Below are positions 1-7,163 of a DNA stretch of 59,399 nt, in pieces (position 1 is the first letter of the stretch; each line of letters starts with the position of its first letter). The stretch comes from an uncultured Verrucomicrobiota bacterium (GTDB taxonomy: Bacteria > Verrucomicrobiota > Kiritimatiellia > RFP12 > UBA1067): positions 1-59,399 of the forward strand of contig CAMOCC010000005.1 of the NCBI GenBank assembly GCA_946610035.1, written 5' to 3'. The position numbers and the translations under genes are program-made. The notes under the pieces are model-generated. The model saw nothing but the letters and a program-made list of their open reading frames with translations, ran no database searches and was not told the DNA's origin.

Positions 1-39
1 GTGAATGCGACTCCCCGCTTCGCGGGCAGTCGCATTCAC
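1..39. repeat. Long GC-rich hairpin at the window edge (outer stem GTGAATGCGACT/AGTCGCATTCAC, inner CCCGC-TTC-GCGGG)
   Basis: nt 1-39 form an almost perfect inverted repeat (one mismatch). No T-tract follows, so it could be a terminator of an upstream gene or a REP-type element. Confidence 0.5.
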
Positions 40-77
40 TCTGTCTTCTCACCGAGAAAAATTTCTCGCAGACCCCA

Positions 78-107
78 TTGACAGTCAAATCCGCAATATG
101 ATATAAT
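78..107 (+). promoter_or_regulatory. Sigma70-type promoter with consensus -35 and extended -10
   Basis: TTGACA at 78-83, 18-nt spacer, TGATATAAT at 99-107. It is the only promoter in the window with both elements at consensus. Confidence 0.7.
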
Positions 108-113
108 ACGTGC

Positions 114-255
114 CATCAAGACCATCAAGAGTGATGTGCGAGAGCATGTCTGCCAACCGAGCGGGAACGCCACGGTGGAAAAGGGATGGGCCCTTCGGGG
201 AAAACAAGTTCCGAAGGTCGCCCGTCCCGCGCAGAGACGGGCGACATCTTTTTTT
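114..255 (+). ncRNA. Candidate ~140-nt small RNA or terminator-based cis-regulatory leader (class unknown)
   Basis: Bounded by the promoter at 78-107 and the intrinsic terminator at 217-255. Contains tandem CCATCAAGA x2 (113-130) and hairpins at 123-136 and 192-217. No convincing coding potential. Confidence 0.4.
217..255 (+). terminator. Rho-independent terminator
   Basis: 10-bp perfect stem GTCGCCCGTC (217-226) / GACGGGCGAC (236-245), 9-nt loop, then ATC plus seven T (249-255). Confidence 0.75.
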
Positions 256-308
256 GCGGAGGCTCTTGGCGGTTACAACAGAAAACCAAAAACGAAAGGA
301 GCAAGACT

Positions 309-707
309 ATGAGGGAACTAACACCTAAGGCGCATGAATACATTGACTATGTCGTCGGCGAAGTCGTCGGAAATAGCGAAATTGAGGGTGCCAGCCTCTG
401 CAACGACGGCGAGAATCCGTTTGCATACCTTGTCAGCATTCCGATCGAGACGGACGAGCGACTTGTCGTAGAGACATGCAACGAGCTCTTCCATGCCCTA
501 GGACTCCTGCCGCCGGGCAAAGACCTTGCGCTTGGGGAGATGGGCGACTATTGCCATGTCGTCAGAGGTGCATCGTCAGAAGGGGAGTGCTATGTGGTGA
601 ACTTCAACCATCCTGCCGTGCTTGATTTTCGGGATGGCGATCCGGAATGCCAGTTCATCCTGAAGAACTGGGATTTATGCGACGACGATTGCGATACAGC
701 TCGGTAA
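309..707 (+). CDS. Hypothetical acidic, Cys-rich cytosolic protein (132 aa)
   Basis: In-frame ATG at 309 preceded by SD AAAGGAG. The upstream part of the 186..707 ORF overlaps the terminator and is unlikely to be coding. No motif recognised. Confidence 0.6.
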   Translation: MRELTPKAHEYIDYVVGEVVGNSEIEGASLCNDGENPFAYLVSIPIETDERLVVETCNELFHALGLLPPGKDLALGEMGDYCHVVRGASSEGECYVVNFNHPAVLDFRDGDPECQFILKNWDLCDDDCDTAR

Positions 708-742
708 GCGAATCGGCTAAGAGAAAGCGGGAATGGAGTGTC

Positions 743-979
743 ATGATCAGAAAACTTATGGTTGCGGGATTGGTGGTTGCCGCATCGCTCATGGCGAGGG
801 TGGACTACTGGATGACGTTCTGCAAGACGCCGGACGGGCGGCAGTATTCGCAGGTCGGGTACGCGAAGCCGGACGATGACGGGTTCGTGACTGTCAAGGC
901 TGGGCCGATCACGGTCGTCGTTTACAAGACCCAGGTGTGGTACATGAAGATGCCCGGCGAAGCGCCAAGAATGCCATGA
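743..979 (+). CDS. Hypothetical small protein with N-terminal signal/anchor (78 aa)
   Basis: ATG 743 with SD GGAG 4 nt upstream. N-terminus MIRKLMVAGLVVAASLMA is hydrophobic. Its stop overlaps the next start (ATGA at 976-979). Confidence 0.55.
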   Translation: MIRKLMVAGLVVAASLMARVDYWMTFCKTPDGRQYSQVGYAKPDDDGFVTVKAGPITVVVYKTQVWYMKMPGEAPRMP

Positions 980-1596
980 ACGAACGTCATTTATATCGTG
1001 GCCTCAATAACTTTGAGGGTAGCATCGACGAAGAAGGGAAGCTCTATGACGAGCGGCATAGACTTGTCGGGCGAATCGAGGGCGATGTCGTCTATGACAA
1101 CTGCAACATAAAGCAGGGGCGTATCGACGAAAGCGGCAAACTGTGGGATGTCAACCACACGTATGTGGGCGAGGCGCACGGCAACAACTTCATAGGTCCG
1201 TCTTACCAAAGTACGGGAATTGTGAGGGGCGATTCGTTTAACGACGGCAACGGCTGTGAATACGGCGCCTTGATGATGCTGAAGGAGAGAAGCGGACGTT
1301 ATTCAGGCGGCAAGACCTACAACAACTACAACTTCCCGAACAATGACGACGAAGAGGATGACGAGGATGAATACGAGGATGACGAAGAGGAGAGCGGCGA
1401 CTATGATGACAGCGGCATAAGTTTCGATGCGCCGCCACCCTCCCGCCGTCGCTCGGGACGTAATGCTGGCGATGCTCAGTCTTCAGGGGACGATTCCGTT
1501 CCAGGTTGCTTCGGCTGCCTGTTTGTAGTGCTCTTTGTCATTGGCATCTTTCTTGTGCTCCGGATGTATTCCGGCGTCCCGTTCTCCGAATGGTAG
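976..1596 (+). CDS. Hypothetical tail-anchored repeat protein with poly-acidic linker (206 aa)
   Basis: ATGA overlap with the previous gene. Internal repeats GSIDEEGKLYDERHRLVGRIEG / GRIDESGKLWDVNHTYVGEAHG. D/E-rich tract NNDDEEDDEDEYEDDEEESGDYDD. C-terminal TM segment CFGCLFVVLFVIGIFLVL. Confidence 0.6.
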   Translation: MNERHLYRGLNNFEGSIDEEGKLYDERHRLVGRIEGDVVYDNCNIKQGRIDESGKLWDVNHTYVGEAHGNNFIGPSYQSTGIVRGDSFNDGNGCEYGALMMLKERSGRYSGGKTYNNYNFPNNDDEEDDEDEYEDDEEESGDYDDSGISFDAPPPSRRRSGRNAGDAQSSGDDSVPGCFGCLFVVLFVIGIFLVLRMYSGVPFSEW

Positions 1597-1620
1597 TCTT
1601 CTTCTCGGGACCTTGGAGGT

Positions 1621-1837
1621 TTTGGAGACGCGGCTTCCAGCCGCGTCAAGTGCAGAGGGGGACAGTCACCGTGGGGGGGTGGAGACGCGGCTTCCAGCCG
1701 CGTCAAGTGCGCTAAAGTAGTCGCATAGCAATCACTTGATTGACGCGGCTGGAAGCCGCGTCTCCATTATCCCGATTGACGCGGATGGAAGCCGCGTCTC
1801 CATTATCCCGACTGACGCGGCTGGAAGCCGCGTCTCC
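1621..1837. repeat. Composite hairpin-repeat element, copy 1 (five 26-nt units around a 33-nt core)
   Basis: Unit GGAGACGCGGCTTCCAGCCGCGTCAA is forward at 1624-1649 and 1681-1706, and reverse-complemented at 1740-1765, 1776-1801 and 1812-1837. Each unit is itself a hairpin, GACGCGGC-TTCCA-GCCGCGTC. The core is 1707-1739. Confidence 0.9.
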
Positions 1838-1934
1838 ATAATCCCATCGGTGTGAGATGCACTTTGGCGGTCAAAAAATGAGATTGAGTACACTTTGGTG
1901 TAGATTTTCCCCCTTGCATTTTCAGGAAGGAACA

Positions 1935-1943
1935 TGATAAAAT
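1935..1943 (+). promoter_or_regulatory. Extended -10 promoter element (TGATAAAAT) upstream of pfkA
   Basis: Motif read directly. It lies 38 nt upstream of ATG 1982, and the leader carries a GGAAAGG SD. Confidence 0.5.
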
Positions 1944-1981
1944 ATTTTTCACCGTCTTAGCGGTAGAAGGAAAGGTTCAAT

Positions 1982-3352
1982 ATGTCCGCTCTTGATAAGA
2001 TTGCTGCCAATCACGAACTCTATTCGTGCAATGTCGAGACGCTTGGTCCGTGCACGATCAAGTCCCCCGTCCACCATCACGAGTTCATCCGGGAGGGTGA
2101 GCGCATATTCGTTTCCGAGGCGCAGGCGTACATGCAGGAGATGGAGAAGAAGCTGGGTCACCTGCCGACGTTCGAAAGGGCGGGTCCCCTTGAGAAGATC
2201 TTCCACGATCCGAGCTGGACTAGGGTCGGCATCGTTACGGCGGGCGGGCTGTGCCCCGGCCTCAACAACGTCATCAAGGGCCTTGTCGAGATCCTCTCCT
2301 TCGACTACGGCGTGAAGAACATCTTCGGCATCCGCTTCGGCTACGCAGGGCTCAATCCGGACTTCGGCTACCAGCCGCTCATGCTGGATGCGGACGTCGT
2401 GGACACGATCCACGAGCTGGGCGGGACGATTCTCGGCTCCAGTCGCGGACAGCAGCCGACGGACATCATCGTAGACACGCTTGTGAGGATGAACATCAAC
2501 GTCCTCTTCTGCATCGGCGGCGACGGGTCGCTGCGCTGTGCGCGCGAAGTCGCGGAGGAGTGCATCAAGCGGAACCTCAAGATCTCCGTCGTCGGCATCC
2601 CGAAGACGATCGACAACGACCTCCAGTTCGTGGGAAGGTCCTTCGGATTCGAGACGGCGGTCGCGGAGGCTGCGAGCGTCATCCGCAACGCGCACGTGGA
2701 GGCGAAGGGCACGGCGGGCGGAATCGGGCTTGTGAAGCTTATGGGGCGCGACTCCGGCTTCATCGCGGCATATGCGTCGATTGCGAACCCCGTCGTCAAC
2801 TTCTGCCTCGTCCCGGAGATGGCGTTCACCCTGGACGGCCCGAAGGGGCTTCTCGCCGCGCTTGAGAACCGCTTCTCGGCGGGCAAGACGCACGCCGTCA
2901 TCGTCGTCGCGGAGGGTGCCGGGCAGGATCTGATCCTGGGCGAGCCGGAGCGCAGGGACGCGAGCGGCAATATCCTCAAGAAGGACATCGGCGAGTTCCT
3001 GAAGCGGAAGATATCCGAGTACTTCAAGGAGCACGGCAGAATCAGCTCCGTGAAGTACTTCGATCCGAGCTACACGATCAGGTCGGTGCCGGCCCGCGGC
3101 ACGGACGCGATACGCTGCTACATGCTCGCCAGGAACGCTGTCCATGCCGCAATGGCGGGCCGCACGAACTGCGTCGTGGGCAACCTCGGCGAGAGCTATG
3201 CGCTGGTCCCGATCAAGCTTGCGACGATCGAGCGCCAGACGATTTCGCTCAAGAGCGACCTCTGGAGGAGCGTAATGGACGCGACCGGTCAGGAGTTCTA
3301 CGTGGGTGGCGAAGATCGCCGCACGAAGATTCCGACGTACATGGCGCCGTGA
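1982..3352 (+). CDS. pfkA: 6-phosphofructokinase (PfkA family, long form, probably ATP-dependent)
   Basis: Motifs GIVTAGGLCPGLN, CIGGDGS, GIPKTIDNDL and MGRDSGFIA. GGDGS rather than GGDDS argues for ATP over PPi. Confidence 0.9.
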   Translation: MSALDKIAANHELYSCNVETLGPCTIKSPVHHHEFIREGERIFVSEAQAYMQEMEKKLGHLPTFERAGPLEKIFHDPSWTRVGIVTAGGLCPGLNNVIKGLVEILSFDYGVKNIFGIRFGYAGLNPDFGYQPLMLDADVVDTIHELGGTILGSSRGQQPTDIIVDTLVRMNINVLFCIGGDGSLRCAREVAEECIKRNLKISVVGIPKTIDNDLQFVGRSFGFETAVAEAASVIRNAHVEAKGTAGGIGLVKLMGRDSGFIAAYASIANPVVNFCLVPEMAFTLDGPKGLLAALENRFSAGKTHAVIVVAEGAGQDLILGEPERRDASGNILKKDIGEFLKRKISEYFKEHGRISSVKYFDPSYTIRSVPARGTDAIRCYMLARNAVHAAMAGRTNCVVGNLGESYALVPIKLATIERQTISLKSDLWRSVMDATGQEFYVGGEDRRTKIPTYMAP

Positions 3353-3398
3353 CGCGTCGAAACGGTGGTCGACTATACAGGCAGGGGCGGCGTTCGAC

Positions 3399-3506
3399 AT
3401 GGCAAAGATTCGCAAGCGGCTTTTCAGCGTACTGTGGTCCATAGTCATCGCGCTTGTCAGCGCGTATCTGTGGGAGAAGTTCGTGAAGGACATGGTCATG
3501 GACTGA
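3399..3506 (+). CDS. Possible small membrane protein (35 aa)
   Basis: MAKIRKRLFSVLWSIVIALVSAYLWEKFVKDMVMD has one TM helix, and third codon positions are mostly G/C as in neighbouring genes. No clear SD; below the ORF-track cutoff as an independent start. Confidence 0.35.
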   Translation: MAKIRKRLFSVLWSIVIALVSAYLWEKFVKDMVMD

Positions 3507-3559
3507 TCCACGCTTTTTCAAAAGACTCAACTCACCCCCTTGTATTCGCGCTGAGATTA

Positions 3560-3568
3560 TGGTACAAT
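3560..3568 (+). promoter_or_regulatory. Extended -10 promoter element (TGGTACAAT) upstream of rpmH
   Basis: Motif read directly, 34 nt upstream of ATG 3603. SD GAAAGGA lies in the leader. Confidence 0.55.
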
Positions 3569-3602
3569 ATGCGCTCAATTTCATTCGAAAGGAACAGACA
3601 TC

Positions 3603-3740
3603 ATGAAGATGACATGGCAGCCGTCCAAGATCAAGCGGAAAAGGAAAATCGGTTATCGCGCCCGCAAGGCGACAAAGGGCGGACGCAAGGTTCTCGCGTC
3701 CCGTCGCGCGAAGGGCCGTAAGCGCCTTACGCAGGTCTAA
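3603..3740 (+). CDS. rpmH: 50S ribosomal protein L34
   Basis: 45-codon ORF absent from the ORF track. [45 protein letters not shown] fits the L34 pattern (QPS..KR...G[FY]R.R..T..GR.VL..RR.KGRK.L). It sits immediately upstream of rnpA, as is usual. Confidence 0.92.
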   Translation: MKMTWQPSKIKRKRKIGYRARKATKGGRKVLASRRAKGRKRLTQV

Positions 3741-3754
3741 GGGCTTGTAATAAA

Positions 3755-4078
3755 ATGTCCACGCGACTCCCCGGCGCGAAGTACAAGCGTGTCTTCGACC
3801 GGGGGCGTTCCGTAAAGGGGCGTCTCCTAGTCGCGTGGCGCTTTTCGTCACCCGACGCCGACCGAATGGCCGGCGTTGTCGTTTCAAAGAAGACGTTCCA
3901 CGACGCCGTGGATCGCAACAGGGCCAAGCGTCTCATGCGCGAGGCCTTCCGCCTTCTCGTCAAGGAGGGCGCGATACCAGCGAACACGGAGTGGATTTTC
4001 ATCGCGCGTTCGCACATCGGAGGCAAGGTCTGCGCGGACGTGATGGGAGAGATGAGGCGACTGTGCGCCAGATTCTGA
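3755..4078 (+). CDS. rnpA: Ribonuclease P protein component
   Basis: 107-aa basic protein with the NRAKRLMREAFR motif, in the canonical position between rpmH and yidD. Confidence 0.88.
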   Translation: MSTRLPGAKYKRVFDRGRSVKGRLLVAWRFSSPDADRMAGVVVSKKTFHDAVDRNRAKRLMREAFRLLVKEGAIPANTEWIFIARSHIGGKVCADVMGEMRRLCARF

Positions 4079-4314
4079 TACTTCTAGTCCGGGGCTACCA
4101 GGTGGCCCTGAGTCCGCTTTTCCGCGGATGCTGCAGGTTCGAGCCCAGCTGCTCGAACTACATGATTGAATCACTTCAAGTCCACGGCGCCGTGAAGGGG
4201 ACGCTCCTCGGCCTCTGGAGGCTCCTGAGGTGCCATCCCTTCGGCAGCCACGGATACGACCCCGTGCCGCCCAGGGGGAGATGGAGAAACGACATCCACC
4301 CTGTTGCTGCGTGA
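4063..4314 (+). CDS. yidD: Membrane protein insertion efficiency factor YidD
   Basis: GTG 4063 is the only in-frame start. ALSPLFRGCCRFEPSCSNYMIESLQVHGAVKGTLLGLWRLLRCHPF..GYDPVP is the YidD signature. The gene overlaps the rnpA end by 16 nt. Confidence 0.85.
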   Translation: MRQILILLVRGYQVALSPLFRGCCRFEPSCSNYMIESLQVHGAVKGTLLGLWRLLRCHPFGSHGYDPVPPRGRWRNDIHPVAA

Positions 4315-4355
4315 GTCGCATCCGTTCCCCGTACAATGAACAACATCGAAAGCTT

Positions 4356-6173
4356 ATGAACAAGACAGAAAAACTCATATCGATACTCCTGGGCATTGCG
4401 CTCGTATTCTGCTTGATGAACGGGCGCAGCCTCAAACAGTCCGACGACGCCGCGCCGGCGGCGGATGCCTCCGCCGCTTCGACGAACGAGGTCGACGCGG
4501 CCGAGTCGGTCGCGTCGACGAACGCCGTCCTTGCCGAGGTCATGGCGCAGGCGGACTCCGTCGCGGCGTCTGCGTCGGATTCGCTGCCAACTGCCAGCCA
4601 CATGCCGCCGCCTTCCGTCCCCGAGAAGACGGTCGTCCTTGAAAACGACTGCCTGAAGCTGGAGCTTTCGACGTGGGGCGCGGTCGTCAAGCGCGCGACG
4701 CTCAAGAAGTACGCGCAGGGCCTCGGCGAATTGAGCGAGGAGAATCCGCCTGTCGTCATGGACTACTCGACCTCGCCCCTGGGCGAGTTGAAGTCCGTTC
4801 CCGGCCTCGCGCATAACGCCGCCTACGAAGCGGTCGTGGAGGGGAGCGTCGCCACGTTCACCGCCCCGGGGGTGACGCGCACGTACACCCTCGACGAGAA
4901 CTACCGCCTGACGCTCAAGGAGACGTTCGCGGAGGGAAGTCGCCCTGCGGGACGCAACTCGCTCGGCATCGGAATGATGACGCGCGGGGACGGCCCGACG
5001 GACGTCGTATCCGTCGACAGCTGGCAGTACGGGGTGAAGGGCGGCGAGGTCCTCCACCACGACGACGACGACACGCCTGTGAAGGGTATCATCGGCTCGG
5101 GGATCGCGGGCGGATGCACGGGCGGCGGGTGCACCCCGCAGACGGTTGCCCCCGGCGCACCCGAGTTCAACAGCGCCGCATGCCTCGGTCCCCAGAAGTG
5201 GATCGCCTTGAAGGATCGCTTCTTTGTGACGGCGCTTGTCGGGTCCGACCAGCCCAACGTCGGTTTCTCGGCGGACGTGCGCCGCGACATGGCGACGAAC
5301 GTCTACCGTCCGCTCTCCGTCGCCGGGGAGGTCCTCTTCGAGGGCGGCGTCGCGGAAAGGTCGAGCGAGTTCTTCATCGGTCCGAAGAAGCAGTCCTATC
5401 TCTGGGACCGCGGCATGAAGGACGTGATGGAGTTCGGCATGTGGCGCTGGATATGCTATCCCGTCGTGTGGCTCCTCAACCTCTGCTACGCGGCGATTCC
5501 GAGCTACGGCATTGCGATCATAATCCTCACGATCCTCGTGCGGCTCGTCTTCTGGCCCCTGACGCGCAAGTCGACCGAGGGCATGAAGAAGATGCAGGAG
5601 ATACAGCCGCTGCTCAAGGAGATACAGGCGAAGTACAAGGACAACCCCCAGCGGATGCAGCAGGAGACGTTCGCGCTCTACCGCGAGAAGAAGGTGAATC
5701 CACTCAGCTCCTGCCTGCCCATGCTGATCCAGATCCCCGTCTTCATCGCGCTCTTCAACGTCCTGCGGTCCGCCGTCGAACTGCGCTACGCGGGCTTCCT
5801 GTGGATATCGGACCTCTCGGAGCCCGAGCACCTCTTCGCGTCGTGGTTCCCGTTCGGCGGGCTCAACATCCTCCCGATCCTCATGGCGGCGACGATGTTC
5901 CTCCAGAGCAAGCTCACGCCGTCGATGGGCGACGCGAAGCAGCAGAGGATGATGACGGTCTTCATGCCCGTCATGATGCTCTTCATGTTCTACAATTTCG
6001 CGTCCGCGCTATCCCTCTACTGGACGCTCTCGCAGGTCATGAGCATCGTGCAGATGTGGATGATCCGCCGCGCCACGGAGCAGAAGCGCAGGGTGCTCGA
6101 GCCTGAGGTGATCGACCCGCCGACGCCCACCCGCCAGCAACGTCGCCACGGGAAAGGAGCGGGAGAGTCATGA
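4356..6173 (+). CDS. yidC: Membrane protein insertase YidC
   Basis: ATG 4356 opens on TM1 (MNKTEKLISILLGIALVF). A large periplasmic domain follows. The conserved core reads PLTRKSTEGMKKMQEIQPLLKEIQAKYKDNPQRMQQETFALYREKKVNPLSSCLPMLIQIPVFIALF. Confidence 0.92.
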   Translation: MNKTEKLISILLGIALVFCLMNGRSLKQSDDAAPAADASAASTNEVDAAESVASTNAVLAEVMAQADSVAASASDSLPTASHMPPPSVPEKTVVLENDCLKLELSTWGAVVKRATLKKYAQGLGELSEENPPVVMDYSTSPLGELKSVPGLAHNAAYEAVVEGSVATFTAPGVTRTYTLDENYRLTLKETFAEGSRPAGRNSLGIGMMTRGDGPTDVVSVDSWQYGVKGGEVLHHDDDDTPVKGIIGSGIAGGCTGGGCTPQTVAPGAPEFNSAACLGPQKWIALKDRFFVTALVGSDQPNVGFSADVRRDMATNVYRPLSVAGEVLFEGGVAERSSEFFIGPKKQSYLWDRGMKDVMEFGMWRWICYPVVWLLNLCYAAIPSYGIAIIILTILVRLVFWPLTRKSTEGMKKMQEIQPLLKEIQAKYKDNPQRMQQETFALYREKKVNPLSSCLPMLIQIPVFIALFNVLRSAVELRYAGFLWISDLSEPEHLFASWFPFGGLNILPILMAATMFLQSKLTPSMGDAKQQRMMTVFMPVMMLFMFYNFASALSLYWTLSQVMSIVQMWMIRRATEQKRRVLEPEVIDPPTPTRQQRRHGKGAGES

Positions 6174-7150
6174 AAGCGGAAGTGAAGTCGATACAGGGCA
6201 TCGTCGACCTGGCTAGTGCGTACTACGGAAGCGCCGTGCTCTTCGCGGCGATCGACTGCGACGTGTTCGCCCAGGTGGAGGCGGGTACGGTCGATGTTAC
6301 GTCGCGGGGGATGCGCCTCCTGCTGGACGCGTGCGTCGCCGAGGGGCTTCTCGACAAGCGCGACGGGAAATACTTCAACACGCCGTCCGGCAAGCTCGCG
6401 CTGGTGCCGGGCGGCAAGGCGGACCTCACGAAGGCGATCCGCTACAACCGCGACGTGTACCCGGCGTGGGGACGTCTCGCGGAGTTCGTGAAGACGGGCA
6501 GACCCGTCGAAAGGCCGGAGATTCACCTCGGCGAGGACGCGGCAAGGACAAAGGCGTTCGCGGCCGCGATGTTCGGCCGTGCGATGGGGATCGGCAAGTC
6601 GGTCGTGCCCATGCTGAACTTCGAGGACGGCGAGAAACGTGTCTTGGACCTCGCCGGCGGACCCGGCGCCTACGCGATTCTGATGGCGCAGGCGAATCCG
6701 TCGCTCACGGTCGTTACGGTGGACCTCCCGGCGATCAGCGCCGAGGCGTCCGGCTACGTCGAGAAGGCGGGCCTTTCGGGCCGCATCACGTGCCGCGCGG
6801 GCGACTACCACACGGACGAGTACGAGGAGTCGGCGTACGACGTAGTGACGATATTCGGCGCGCTCCACCAGGAGTCCCCGGAGCAGATCGTGGACATCCT
6901 GAAGCGCGCCAACCGTGCGCTTCGCAAGGGCGGAAGGCTGCTCGTCCTCGACATGATGACCGACTCCACTCACACGGCCCCCGCATTCTCCGCGCTTTTC
7001 GCCGTCAACATGGCCCTCACGACGGACAACGGATGGGTCTTTTCCGACGAGGAGCTGAAGGGCTGGCTCAAGGAGGCTGGGCTCAAACCTGGCGCGACCC
7101 AGATGATCCCGCCGCCGATGCCGCACTGGCTCGTAACCGCCGTAAAATAG
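6170..7150 (+). CDS. Class I SAM-dependent (O-)methyltransferase, family-2-like
   Basis: SAM motif I VLDLAGGPGAYA and LLVLDMM, with an N-terminal dimerisation/winged-helix-like region. ATGA overlap with the yidC stop. Confidence 0.75.
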   Translation: MKAEVKSIQGIVDLASAYYGSAVLFAAIDCDVFAQVEAGTVDVTSRGMRLLLDACVAEGLLDKRDGKYFNTPSGKLALVPGGKADLTKAIRYNRDVYPAWGRLAEFVKTGRPVERPEIHLGEDAARTKAFAAAMFGRAMGIGKSVVPMLNFEDGEKRVLDLAGGPGAYAILMAQANPSLTVVTVDLPAISAEASGYVEKAGLSGRITCRAGDYHTDEYEESAYDVVTIFGALHQESPEQIVDILKRANRALRKGGRLLVLDMMTDSTHTAPAFSALFAVNMALTTDNGWVFSDEELKGWLKEAGLKPGATQMIPPPMPHWLVTAVK

Positions 7151-7163
7151 GAAGGATGCGCAG

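Noticed and set aside
110-328. 72-aa ORF (and the 186..308 part of the 173-aa ORF) as a leader peptide or real gene
   Set aside because: It spans the intrinsic terminator hairpin and T-tract, has no SD, and has a basic low-complexity translation. The region is better explained as non-coding RNA.
1621-1837. Regularly spaced 26-nt repeats that could be taken for a CRISPR array (also at 9296-9478)
   Set aside because: The repeats occur in both orientations within one block, the spacers are only 10-33 nt and partly identical (ATTATCCCGA twice), there are only 4-5 units, and no cas genes are in the window. The near-identical spacer and core at the second locus is also incompatible with CRISPR spacers.
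1949-3511. Long antisense ORFs opposite real genes (for example 1949..3511 -, 4176..5831 -, 6017..7276 -, 15684..17276 -, 23835..25118 -, 34314..36455 +, 41856..43523 +, 49372..50541 +)
   Set aside because: They mirror genes with strong family motifs on the other strand, and their translations are Arg/Ala/Gly/Pro-rich with no motifs. This is the typical stop-codon-poor antisense frame of high-GC DNA.
3353-3602. Chromosomal origin (oriC) next to rpmH, as in many bacteria
   Set aside because: No dnaA or dnaN is present and I could find no cluster of TTATCCACA-like boxes. The TTATCCC strings at 1767-1773 and 1803-1809 are just linkers of the repeat element. An AT-rich unwinding element is also absent.
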